A model generated the notes under the pieces. That model was not told where the DNA came from. It searched no databases and saw nothing but the letters and a program-made list of their open reading frames with translations. From contig CAXUUL010000064.1 in NCBI GenBank assembly GCA_964255285.1, positions 1-40,266 on the forward strand: a stretch of 40,266 nucleotides of DNA, written 5' to 3'. The first letter of the stretch is position 1. Each line of letters opens with the position of its first letter. Made by a program: the position numbers and the translations under genes. Below are positions 10,513 through 20,329 of the stretch, piece after piece. Source of the DNA: Ionaspis alba. Taxonomy: Eukaryota.

Positions 10513-10812
10513 TTAACGCGAGTGAAAGCCGTTGATGTCAGATGCGTCGCCTTTGAAGGTATTCCAGAACCGTCCCACAGCCCTTCTCGCAACGTCAGAG
10601 TTCACGAAGCGTTCTCGATAGTAGTTGAAGACGGCGAACTCTTCCTTGGTCATGATGTAGGAATTTGGGCTCGCTTGGATGCGTTGCCAGATATCGGCGA
10701 GGGCCCTCTCCAGGATGGCACTGACTGAAGGATGTATATCCCCGGTGTCGCTGTTCCGGACGTACTCGAGGGCCCTGGAAACGTTAGACTGAGTCGACAT
10801 GGTGGCAACCAT
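10513..10812 (-). CDS. Small hypothetical protein (99 aa) resembling an uncharacterised Pezizomycotina family
   Basis: Strong start context (CGCCATGG) and C/G-ending codon bias. The helical, protein-like segment LERALADIWQRIQASPNSYIMTKEEFAVFNYYRERF...AVGRFWN resembles, from memory, small fungal hypothetical proteins. Confidence 0.78.
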   Translation of the reverse strand: MVATMSTQSNVSRALEYVRNSDTGDIHPSVSAILERALADIWQRIQASPNSYIMTKEEFAVFNYYRERFVNSDVARRAVGRFWNTFKGDASDINGFHSR

Positions 10813-11244
10813 GGCGGGAGGAGGGACGGGTATGAATCAGAGATTCTAAGATTTAATTTGGTGCTTTGAAAGAACGATAGGAGAAGAGTGTCAACGGAGG
10901 AAAGAGTCTCGGTGGGAGGACAAAGGCAGTGGACACTGGTGGCAAGAATATATAGCATTGGCTCGGAAATTGGCCAAGAAATGTCAAAATGGGCAGTATG
11001 AATGCAGAGTAGAAAAGCTTCAAAAGTTTCGCGGAGGAAGGTGTAGTGCATCGACACATGGGGAGATCAGGGATACAGGGCCCAGAATGCGCATAGCATG
11101 GGCTTTAGGGTCCGGCATGTCAGACAGGATACCCTGACTTCCTTGACGTTGCCGGCTCACCCGCCTGGACAAACTTAAGTCCATGTCTGCGTGGCGTTGA
11201 GCATGGAGCAGAAGAGCATGGACCGTCGAGTACAGGAGCCAGGG

Positions 11245-11278
11245 GCATTGAGCATTGAGCATAGAGCATAGAGCATAG
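11245..11278. repeat. Heptamer tandem array (GCATWGA) x about 5
   Basis: GCATTGA GCATTGA GCATAGA GCATAGA GCATAG, with extra GAGCAT copies at 11199-11221. Confidence 0.85.
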
Positions 11279-13779
11279 CGCAGTCCATGGAAAAATCAAG
11301 CTCAGGCTGAGTACTGAAAGGATTGGCATGGACTCCAAATGCAACGGCGGTCGCCAGTCTAGTGTGGCGGGCAGGGCGTGAACCGGCAGATAGCTGGGCT
11401 GATCCTGCGCATGATATTACGTAGGATGGAGATGAGGCTTTTGCTCCGAAGACCTTAAAATGGGTGATCTGAGCTGGCGCACAGGGGGTGGGTTATGGAA
11501 AGCATCCATGACAATAATGGGTAGCGTTAGGAGGGAACAAAAGACAGACAACGAAGGGACGATCAGGATCACCGGTGAGGATGGGTCACGGGTGTTCCCA
11601 GAGTCGAGTGAGGATCTCTCATCTGCTAGCCTGATTGCGGCGGACGAGGATTCCAAAAGAGCATTGAGCGTTATAACGCTGCTGTATCATCAGCACACAT
11701 CAATGCCGAAAGAGGATTGTGATTTAGGTCAGCAGTGATAGAGGAAGCATAGCTCGATAGAAGGGGGGGGACCGGATATACAGGTAGGCAATTGAAGGCG
11801 ATACGATGTGACAAGCCCGATCAGGACGGCCAGGTTGAATAGAAGGCGACGAGCTCCCCTTGTCTGCCAATTGGACGCTGGACAACACGGTAACAACGAC
11901 AAAAACGATCATAATAATGGAAAACATGGAAGCCTCTGAAGTTTGAGGTCCCACTGTTTGCAGTGACAAGGGCAAGGATTCGGAAGAGCGGCTCGCCATG
12001 TGCTTGTTTGGAGGGTAGAAAAGGTCTGGAGATAGCAAATCTGACGTCTGCGGCATAAATGGGCAACAAAAGTACCTAGATACTCTTTGTAGGGATGTGG
12101 GCTACGGAGAACGGAGGAGTAGAAGTGCGGTGCACTGTTGTATGGAGTACACTACGCTGTCATCGTATAGAACTACCACCCTTCAGCATGTCGAGTTATT
12201 ATCCGCCCTCGCTGCCGTGGCTAAAACATGGCTTCTGCGTATGCAATCATGGCAAGAACTGAGTGATTTTGTCCCTCAACTGCCTTTCTCCACGTCCTTT
12301 TTTCCACCCTTCAAATTTGTTTTTAGGCTTTGAGGTGATTTCCATTATTTTATTTTATTTCAATTTAACTTTCGCGCAAAGTCAAAATCGCTCCATTTTC
12401 GAGGAGAAATGCTGTAAGCCCATTCACACCCCACTCATGCAATCCGTCGACTTTGATCACTCACACCTGGCTCCAGCATCACCTACTCTTCTCGTCCAAG
12501 GGTGACCCACAATGGAGGTCGGAAAGTGACTCCAGCTCCAACAAAGGCTCGGGCGCGCTATTGGCCCATGCAGTGGGCGGACAGCTTAAATGCTTTAGCC
12601 TTTAAGCTTCTTGCGACCGTTGCAGGCGCTGAAGGCGTTAGGGAGCAGACTGGGTTAGGGCTAAGGCACGACAGTTGAACATGCTGAGCAGCTGCCAGCG
12701 GTCTGGGCGAATCGCACCGGTCTAGTTCTTGGTCCGGTGCAGCGTCATGCGAGGACTAGAGCACTGGTTTAGCTTGGGCCGGTCGAGGTTGGCGGACTGG
12801 TAGCCTTTGATCTGGCTGGTTTCATAACTCATTGGCGACCGTTCTTGTGGGACCGGAAGAAGGGAAAAGCCATGTCAATTGGTCGTCTTTCGGGAGCGAA
12901 TTCTCCTCTAAGCTCTTTTAGTCATACGTTCGAATCCGGTCAATCACACGCTGTCACGATTTGGCGGGGGACGACTACGTACGTACCGTTCGCCGTGCTG
13001 CCATCCTCGAAAAACAACGGCCGACAGGCTATGACGATGATGCCTCCGCCAGAAGAGGCACTATGGGTCAGCCACTACCGCTTTGCCGTCGAACTTCTGA
13101 TAAGCACTGACCACTCGAGGCCGTCGATCAATACGACCTCAATCCTCTTGTGGCCGTGGGCTCTCTCCGTCTCCCGCACAGGAGGTAGTTTAGACGACAC
13201 TACACCGACTTGGTCGCCAGTAGTCGACGCTGACCATCCTCATCCGACGAGTGAGCCGTTGTCGCACCTTATCCAACACATGCATCTTGCATTGCATATG
13301 ATGTGTTGCGGGATGTCAAGTTGGCATATGCAGCTACGAATCCCTGCCCCCATCTTTTTTGGATTTCCTGCACTCTCCCTAATCCCCCGAATGGTACTGC
13401 CACCGCAGTGGGACGACAAACATTGGGAGGGCGTATGGAGGCCTGCTTCTATCATGCACTCCAGCTGACGTGGTCGCCGCATTATTCCTTCTCATCCTTT
13501 GAATTCGCTGTTGCGCGATGGATGCCCTTCGCTCTTCGAGCCTCTGGACAGCTCCTATTGGCAGTATTCAACTCTCTGCCTCCTGCACCCCAGCCGAGAA
13601 TTATATTTCTTGCCAAAAACGTATGCGTTGGCGGGCTTGCCAGCCACTGCTTTTTGCTTGCCTGGAATTCCTCGACCTCGGGGCTTGGCATTTGGTTTAC
13701 GACTCTCTGGGGAATCGACGCCTTGCGAATTAGGACCGGTAGCGGCGGCTGATGAATGGCCTGCGGATCCCCGCTTCCG

Positions 13780-13809
13780 GTTGTTGTTGTTGTTGTTGCT
13801 GCTGCTGTT
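13780..13809. repeat. Compound trinucleotide microsatellite (GTT)6(GCT)3GTT
   Basis: Directly visible in the sequence. Confidence 0.9.
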
Positions 13810-16133
13810 CGAGACTAGTGGTCGAGTAAGAGAATGTTCAGGAATCGCATATATTGTAAGTAGCACGAATGGGACAGGGTTACTGTTAGAGAAGCTCAAT
13901 GGACAGTCACTGACGGCTACCATGAGAAACCATCACTTAAACAGTTGCTGCCATGAACTTAGCACTACTATGATGTACAGTACTTCAGGTAGTCCTCGTA
14001 GTCTGCCATCAATAGAGTTTGCATGAAACGGTAGTGGCTGCCAGTAGGCCTCGACAAGCCCCCGTAGGAGGCCCTGATACCGCGGCAGCCGACTCTGGAT
14101 AAGCAGCCCCTTTTGCACGATGCTCTCCCGATCATGCGACCATGAAGGAAATAAACATTGAATCTTGACTTTTGGGCATTGACAGCGCAGAATGTTCGCA
14201 GGATCATTGACCAGTCGAATACGTCTTGCCAGATTTATCTTCGACCTTCGCGTTACCTTTTTGCGTCCGTTCTCTTATCAGCTTTGACCCCTCCCAGGTC
14301 CAAGTAACCCAGCCAAAGCCTAAACCTGCCTCCACTCCAGCTCTTACTATACTACGACCATTATTGCCTCGAAATCTCCCCACAAACGATGACACCAGTG
14401 TGCCACGGAAGCGTTCCCAAAGTAGCGCAATGCAATTCTAAAGGATTCCGCGATCCGAACAGGCTACTCGTGATCTCATTTCTTGTATTTGGAGTATCTA
14501 CTTTTCAACGGTAGACTTATCGTCGCTGATCGATAGAAGCCCTAGCTCGGAGTGTCATGCCGATTTAAATCCGTTGCTATGGTTCTACAAAACCAGAGGA
14601 CCAAGTCGTCGTTCTGGATAGGATTGGATGGCGTTCAACGTCGTCTGTTGGATGCATGTTCCCAGCCTGCAGGCCACAACCATGCGTCCCTCTACCGTTG
14701 GTAGATTTCCAGCCACAACGAGGCAAGAGCTCAAGTGCCGGCATTGTTCGCATGCATTCTTGCATCAGGGTCTAGTCCTCAATCTTATTGTCAAACCTAA
14801 ACAATGCCAATCGTTGATATGTTTCGAGACCGCAGTTGCGTCATGCAATGCGCCCTCCTCGCTCATGTCGTTTGCGGAGACAAGTCGGCCAGAGCACTCG
14901 ACGACCTCGTAGTCGGTATCGTAGCCAAGTCAACCGCGAAGTCTGATGCGGCGTGAAGGGGAGATCCTCGAATAGGCAAGGTTTAGCGAGAGGGAAGAAG
15001 ACGTCCCTCTCGTAAACTCTGTTTTCATTTATCCCTCTCTTCCAGAGAAGAAATGCATGCCCAGGACATCTTTTTTTTTGAGCAGCGATCTTTGCTACGC
15101 TGGTAAGCCGATTGTCGTTCCAAAGTCACGACATGCCCCGAGCTTACACATACGCTCTGGAAGCCCCGGTATTTTTATCTTTCAGACGAATAGGACGAAG
15201 CTTACACCTTACGCCATCCATATCAGAGATCTATTTATACATGATAAGGCACTGTCCAGGCGAGCGGAAGACGGGATAGACAATGCAGCTATAGCATACT
15301 GGTGGATGGCCGGAGAACAATCAAATTCCCATCTCCATAGGCGTATATACAATTGCGGGTTCCCTCTGAGCGGGAGTGTGAATCACAGTTACCTAGCATC
15401 AAAACCGCAAATCATGTTGCCCCATGTTTTCCATTTACGAGTCATTCACAAAAAAAATAGACTGCCTCAAATATCTGCATGCCAGGCTCTGTAACGTATA
15501 AAGAAATCCGAAAGGCGAGAGGTCGTGGTTGGAAAAGAGCCCATGGAACGTAATCTCATCATTCACCCACCCGTATTTCGGGGTCCGTAGAGTGTGTAAT
15601 CGAACGAGTAGGTATGCCCCCATCTCGCGTGTATCTCTCTGACGAGCAGTGATATACAGGTAGTTCAGGGAGATCTACCTCTGAGAAGGCCTTTCAGTTG
15701 CCTCTTCCCCGCGAAAATCTAGTGAGCGATGCGTCTCTGCTGTTACCCTTCCTGGATCCGAAGGATAGAGCCAGAAGTTGGCCTAGCAGACGAGTGCAGA
15801 GTATCTGATACGGAGTTGGCGACATAGCTTTCGTTGGCGCTCATTGCCCGATGTGCACAATCGGATCGAGGTACTCTTGTGTCGGACTTAGCGGAGGATT
15901 TGCCCGGTCCGATGCCGTCCGGGCATCACTTTCGTGCGCCAAGGGCTCTAACCTCATCTGTCCGGATTGTCATCTTGGGAATAAAAAAACAGCTCGGTCA
16001 GTTCTACCTTACATGCATTATGGGTCCCTACATTTAATCCATTTGGTATTTGCGCACTTATGGCATACTTCCCAACTAGATAACATCGAGTTCTCTCGTC
16101 CTTCTCGACCGTCGACTTTGGTCCATCTGCACA

Positions 16134-17044
16134 ATGCGCTCATTCCGCTCTCTCCGGCATTCAACCCGAGTGTTCACTAAAGACGCTTTCATCCCCGGTA
16201 GTAGACCACAACTTGCAAACAGGACCTTCCTGCACCAAACTCCTCACCCGAGTCTTCCCTTCCGTACCGCACGCTATCTTGGCAACAGAACGAAGCTCCC
16301 TGGCCGCCGACCCTACTCATGGAGACGGCCAAGTCCTGAACAACCTCCCAAATACAATCCTACCCCCAATCTCAACTCACCTCCTGGGGTACCGTCTCTG
16401 TCACTTTCTCAACGTCTTCGCAAGCTCTCCCGCGAATATGGCTGGTCTGCTGTCGGCGTCTACTTTCTCCTCTCGGCGCTCGATTTTCCTTTCTGCTTCA
16501 TCGCGGTGCGTTCTCTTGGGACAGAGCGAATTGGAAGTTGGGAACAAGCGGTCGTGGAATGGGTGAAGAGGGCGGTGCCGGTGCAGATCCCTCCAGCATG
16601 GCGGAAGAGCGGACGAATGGAGAGTGTAGATGGTCCAGCTGGGCAGAGCGTCGAGGTGGTAGAAGGTGTGGCCGGTTATGATCACGGGGTCTTGGAAGCC
16701 GAGAAGGCGAACAAAGGCGACAGTGCTAGTATGTGGATGCCCTCCCCTTCCAGCATATTTCGTTGCTTGATCTGCTTTTATGAAGGTGGCTTGTGGGGAT
16801 ATGCAAGCTGTGGAGAATACTTAGCCCCAGACGCTCAACGGGGGCAAGCTTCTTTCTTTTATAGAACGATTACTGATGTCTCCCACGAGCTGTAGGTATC
16901 TACACTCAGCTCGCCTTAGCTTACGCCATTCACAAATCTTTTATCTTTATTCGGGTCCCATTGACTGCTGCGGTCACCCCAAAGGTTGTTCGCGTTTTGA
17001 GAGGATGGGGCTGGGATATTGGGAAGAGGAGGCCTAAGTCATGA
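16134..17044 (+). CDS. NAT2: Mitochondrial DUF1279/FAM210 family protein, Nat2-like (247 aa; exons 16134-16728, 16896-17044)
   Basis: Arg-rich presequence-like N-terminus; SLSQRLRKLSREYGWSAVGVYFLLSALDFPFCF. After intron 16729-16895 (GTATGT..CTGAT..TAG) the frame reads TQLALAYAIHKSFIFIRVPLTAAVTPKVVRVLRGWGWDIG. Confidence 0.9.
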
Positions 17045-17472
17045 GGTTCGATCATGGTTCGGGAGTTGTACGTGAAGAAGCGGCATGGAATGTGTATATT
17101 TGGCCTAATCGATAGACTTCGAAAATAGTATGTAGCAAATAGTGGGAAAGGTAGTTCGGCGGCGTAATGTAGGAAAACTGGCGCTGTCACCGGTTCATCC
17201 ATTGTCTTGAGCTGGAGGACGAAGACAACGCCATGTACTAAGGATAAGATGACTGGTATTGGTGAGCTGTGAATGTGGAACTTATGCCGGTGTTTCACAA
17301 CGATTGTTTGCTGCTGTCATTCACATAGAGCGATTTGTGTCCCCCTCGCTTCTCAGTACTTGTTGTTGACGACAGTTGAACAGACTCTATCTAACCACCA
17401 AAACATGATTCATGGCCAAGAAAGAGTATGCAGACACGTCCACGTCGTAATCAGCTAGACACATAGCCATGC

Positions 17473-17961
17473 TCACTTCGGTCCATTTGACTCATTATCT
17501 CCTTTTTCCCTCCTCTCTACCCTCTCATCCATAGAGTAGGCATCTTCATCATCACCACCTAGGCTACCCTCACGGTGATCTCTTTGTGCACTCGAGTTCT
17601 TAGGACGTCTAGGCGCCTTGACTCTACCTCCGCCAAATTTACCCCTGAAAGGGTTTATGCTCTGCAACAAGGTCGGCTTCGGCTGCGTGAGCGGCTCCTC
17701 ACAGCCGCTTTCCATGGCGTCCCCAACTTCGGCTACAGCACGAGCACGACGGCGGCGGCGTAAGAGAAACCATAGAGTCAGACCGAGAGCGATAAGAAAA
17801 ACCAAGGCAAGAACTATGCCGACTATGGCGCCAATCCCAAGCCCATGACTATCACCCCAGTAGTAGACGGCTGTGCCGCCTGGTGCTGGGTCGTAGTAGA
17901 CAGGAGGTGGCTCGTACACGCAGTCGTTACAGAATTGACGAACGTGAAAAGAGATCTTCAT
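17473..17961 (-). CDS. Single-pass membrane protein, 162 aa
   Basis: GLGIGAIVGIVLALVFLIALGLTLWFLL transmembrane helix followed by an RRRRR stop-transfer cluster; good start context (CACCATGA). Confidence 0.75.
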   Translation of the reverse strand: MKISFHVRQFCNDCVYEPPPVYYDPAPGGTAVYYWGDSHGLGIGAIVGIVLALVFLIALGLTLWFLLRRRRRARAVAEVGDAMESGCEEPLTQPKPTLLQSINPFRGKFGGGRVKAPRRPKNSSAQRDHREGSLGGDDEDAYSMDERVERREKGDNESNGPK

Positions 17962-18472
17962 GGTGCTCTGCTTGTAGGGTATGATATCGAGCTCCAGCAG
18001 GAATAAAGTAGAGCACTAGTGCTGGAATGTGAGAAGCCCACGTTCAAGGATTTCCGATCGTTGTCCAGTACTTTCCGAACGATGGTGAGGAGGTGTGTGT
18101 GTAGCGAGAGAAGTTGAAGGATGGGAAAAGAGCTCGCTCAGGGCGGCGAAATATATGGCCTTTAGATTCGTTATTCACAGGTCGCCGGACTCGACAACGG
18201 AGTCACGGTGCCATGCTTTAGGACAACTTCATGATGCAACCCAATCAAGTGACGAACATCTGTGACCAATACTCAAACGACGGATGAACATGGCATATTG
18301 AACGGTTCGCCGTGACTGGTTCTTGCGGCATCTCAGTCAGTTAGTCATTTAGATGTATCTGACGTAGCTCTCTTAGAGCTACTGACTTCCGCTCATAGCC
18401 GTTGTTGAAGCGTGAGCTGAGAATTGAAGGACCAGTATCCATTTGGTAAACCCGAGGTCATCACGTCGTAAT

Positions 18473-19693
18473 TTATCCGCTCTTTGATATGGTACCGTCC
18501 CCATGTTTGCCGTATATGTATTCGCCCAGCAGTCCAGCCGTCAATCCACCCCCTGTGAGCCAAGCACCGTTCTTGAACCACCACCAGCAGCTACTGACAC
18601 TTTTGAGATCAACCTTCCAAATCATCAGCCCTAGGGTGAGAAAGGCAGAGCCGCAGCTCCCGGCGAAGAACACCGGACTAGCGCCTGTAACAATTCCAGC
18701 CGAAGCAAGCAATGCAATTTGAGCGATGGCTAGTCCTGAGAGGACAGATTTTGTTTCCTTTTCATGTCGAAGGGCAATACTTTTGATGCCAGCTTGAGCA
18801 TCGTCCTTGATATCCATATGTGCATAGATCATGTCGTAGAGAATGGTCCAAGAAACACAGCTGGAGTACAATAGAGCCGCGGCTTTTGCAAGTTTTGGGT
18901 CTGCCAGAAGATCCAAGCCTAAGGCCGGGAATCCCATGATTGCTCCCCAAGAAAAGGTCAAGCCTAGAACAAACTGTGGATAATGCGTTACTCGCTTGGC
19001 GAGTGGATAAGTAGTGACGAGAAGCAGGCTAGGTATTCCATAGTATAGACAAGATGTTGGAAATTGTATGAGAATTCCCAGACCCGTTAGTAATTGAAGA
19101 CAAGTGAAGATGACGGCCTTACGTGGCGTCACTGCACCTCGTGCTATAGGCCGAAGACGAGTCCGAGTAACATGGGGATCTAGCTTCCTGTCCCACAAGT
19201 CGTTTATGGTGCATCCAGCTCCTCGCATTATCAAGGCACCAGTGAAGAATAGTAGGGACGTTCCAAGTACTGTCATAGGGGACGATCCATCGTATGATGC
19301 AGCCATGAGCGTAGAAAAGACGCACGGAAAAAACAGATAATATGTACCTGTTGGCTTGTCGAGACGAATTAGTTCGGCGTAAGGTACCCACGACCGAGGA
19401 AGCCAGGAGACGATGCCATTTTTTGGCGGTTTATACTGGTCCAAAGGTGCAGACTTGAGATCAGGATTAGTAGACAGCGCGGACGTAGATGACGTTCTAA
19501 TGATACCAGGCGATTGAAGAAAGTCGGTTCGATCTTGATGTTGATGTCCTCTTGAACAACATAGCGCGAAGCGTTTTGAGGATGAGAGCTTGATCGGGAA
19601 GGAAAAGGGGGAGAAGAGACTCTCCTGGCGTTTCGTTGTCAAAGGAAAGCGTATTCCATGGTTATACAGTTTTGCATGAAGTGAACGTGACAT
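18473..19693 (-). CDS. COQ2: 4-hydroxybenzoate polyprenyltransferase (UbiA family), mitochondrial, 406 aa
   Basis: PYAELIRLDKPTGT, MRGAGCTINDLWDRKLD..VTRTRLRPIARG, YPLAKRVT and YDMIYAHMDIKDD motifs; single exon. Confidence 0.97.
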   Translation of the reverse strand: MSRSLHAKLYNHGIRFPLTTKRQESLFSPFSFPIKLSSSKRFALCCSRGHQHQDRTDFLQSPGIIRTSSTSALSTNPDLKSAPLDQYKPPKNGIVSWLPRSWVPYAELIRLDKPTGTYYLFFPCVFSTLMAASYDGSSPMTVLGTSLLFFTGALIMRGAGCTINDLWDRKLDPHVTRTRLRPIARGAVTPRKAVIFTCLQLLTGLGILIQFPTSCLYYGIPSLLLVTTYPLAKRVTHYPQFVLGLTFSWGAIMGFPALGLDLLADPKLAKAAALLYSSCVSWTILYDMIYAHMDIKDDAQAGIKSIALRHEKETKSVLSGLAIAQIALLASAGIVTGASPVFFAGSCGSAFLTLGLMIWKVDLKSVSSCWWWFKNGAWLTGGGLTAGLLGEYIYGKHGDGTISKSG

Positions 19694-20329
19694 TGATGAC
19701 TGTATGGCAAGACGAACGTTTCCAGAGGGATCCCCTTACGCCGGAAATACAGTGTTCTTAACGGAGGAGATTACGAACAGTTGGAGAAAAATCATGGACG
19801 AGGTAGATAGACAATCAAGGTTCCGCTTGAATTATCGTTCCAAGACCTTGCCTTTTACCCCAAGAATCTTTATGATAGGAGCAAAGGAGTTGCGAAATAT
19901 AGTGCCATTTGCACCTTCGAGCTATAATGTGTAAAAAGACGACCAAAAGCTAGACAAGATATTTTGTGGTAAATTGCTAATCATGTGTTCCTCAGCCCTA
20001 TTAAATCGACTGAAGGCGGACCTCTTTCCGTCTCCCAGATTCCACCTCGAATCACCTCCGACATCCAGCGGTATCCGTGCCTTTGTAGTGCTCCACCTCG
20101 CGTCTCACTGTCTCCTCTACGTGGACACATCCTCATAGTTCATGCCTACATAGGCTTTCTGTCAAATCTCCGTCACACGTTCACTGTTAAATTTCGTCAT
20201 CGACCATCCCACGCTTGCTCTTCGTTCCAGATGTGTTGTCTAGAAGTACTGATTGACCAGACCCCTTGCATACTTGATGCTTTATGTTAGTCTGCGCGAA
20301 CGAGGGGTGGGCAATAATATCAATCGAAG

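Noticed and set aside
12928..12937. GTTCGAATCC as a tRNA T-loop
   Set aside because: No T-stem pairing or cloverleaf; kept only as a possible B-box.
12845..13468. 207-aa + strand ORF
   Set aside because: Non-ATG start, no recognisable motif, composition typical of a random ORF.
16729..16895. Long 167-nt intron of the Nat2-like gene as a snoRNA host or retained coding segment
   Set aside because: No box C (RTGATGA) or H/ACA layout seen; retention would delete the conserved C-terminal motif.
19848..19859. TTGCCTTTTACC resembling U5 snRNA loop I
   Set aside because: The flanks do not form the closing stem and no U5 architecture is evident.
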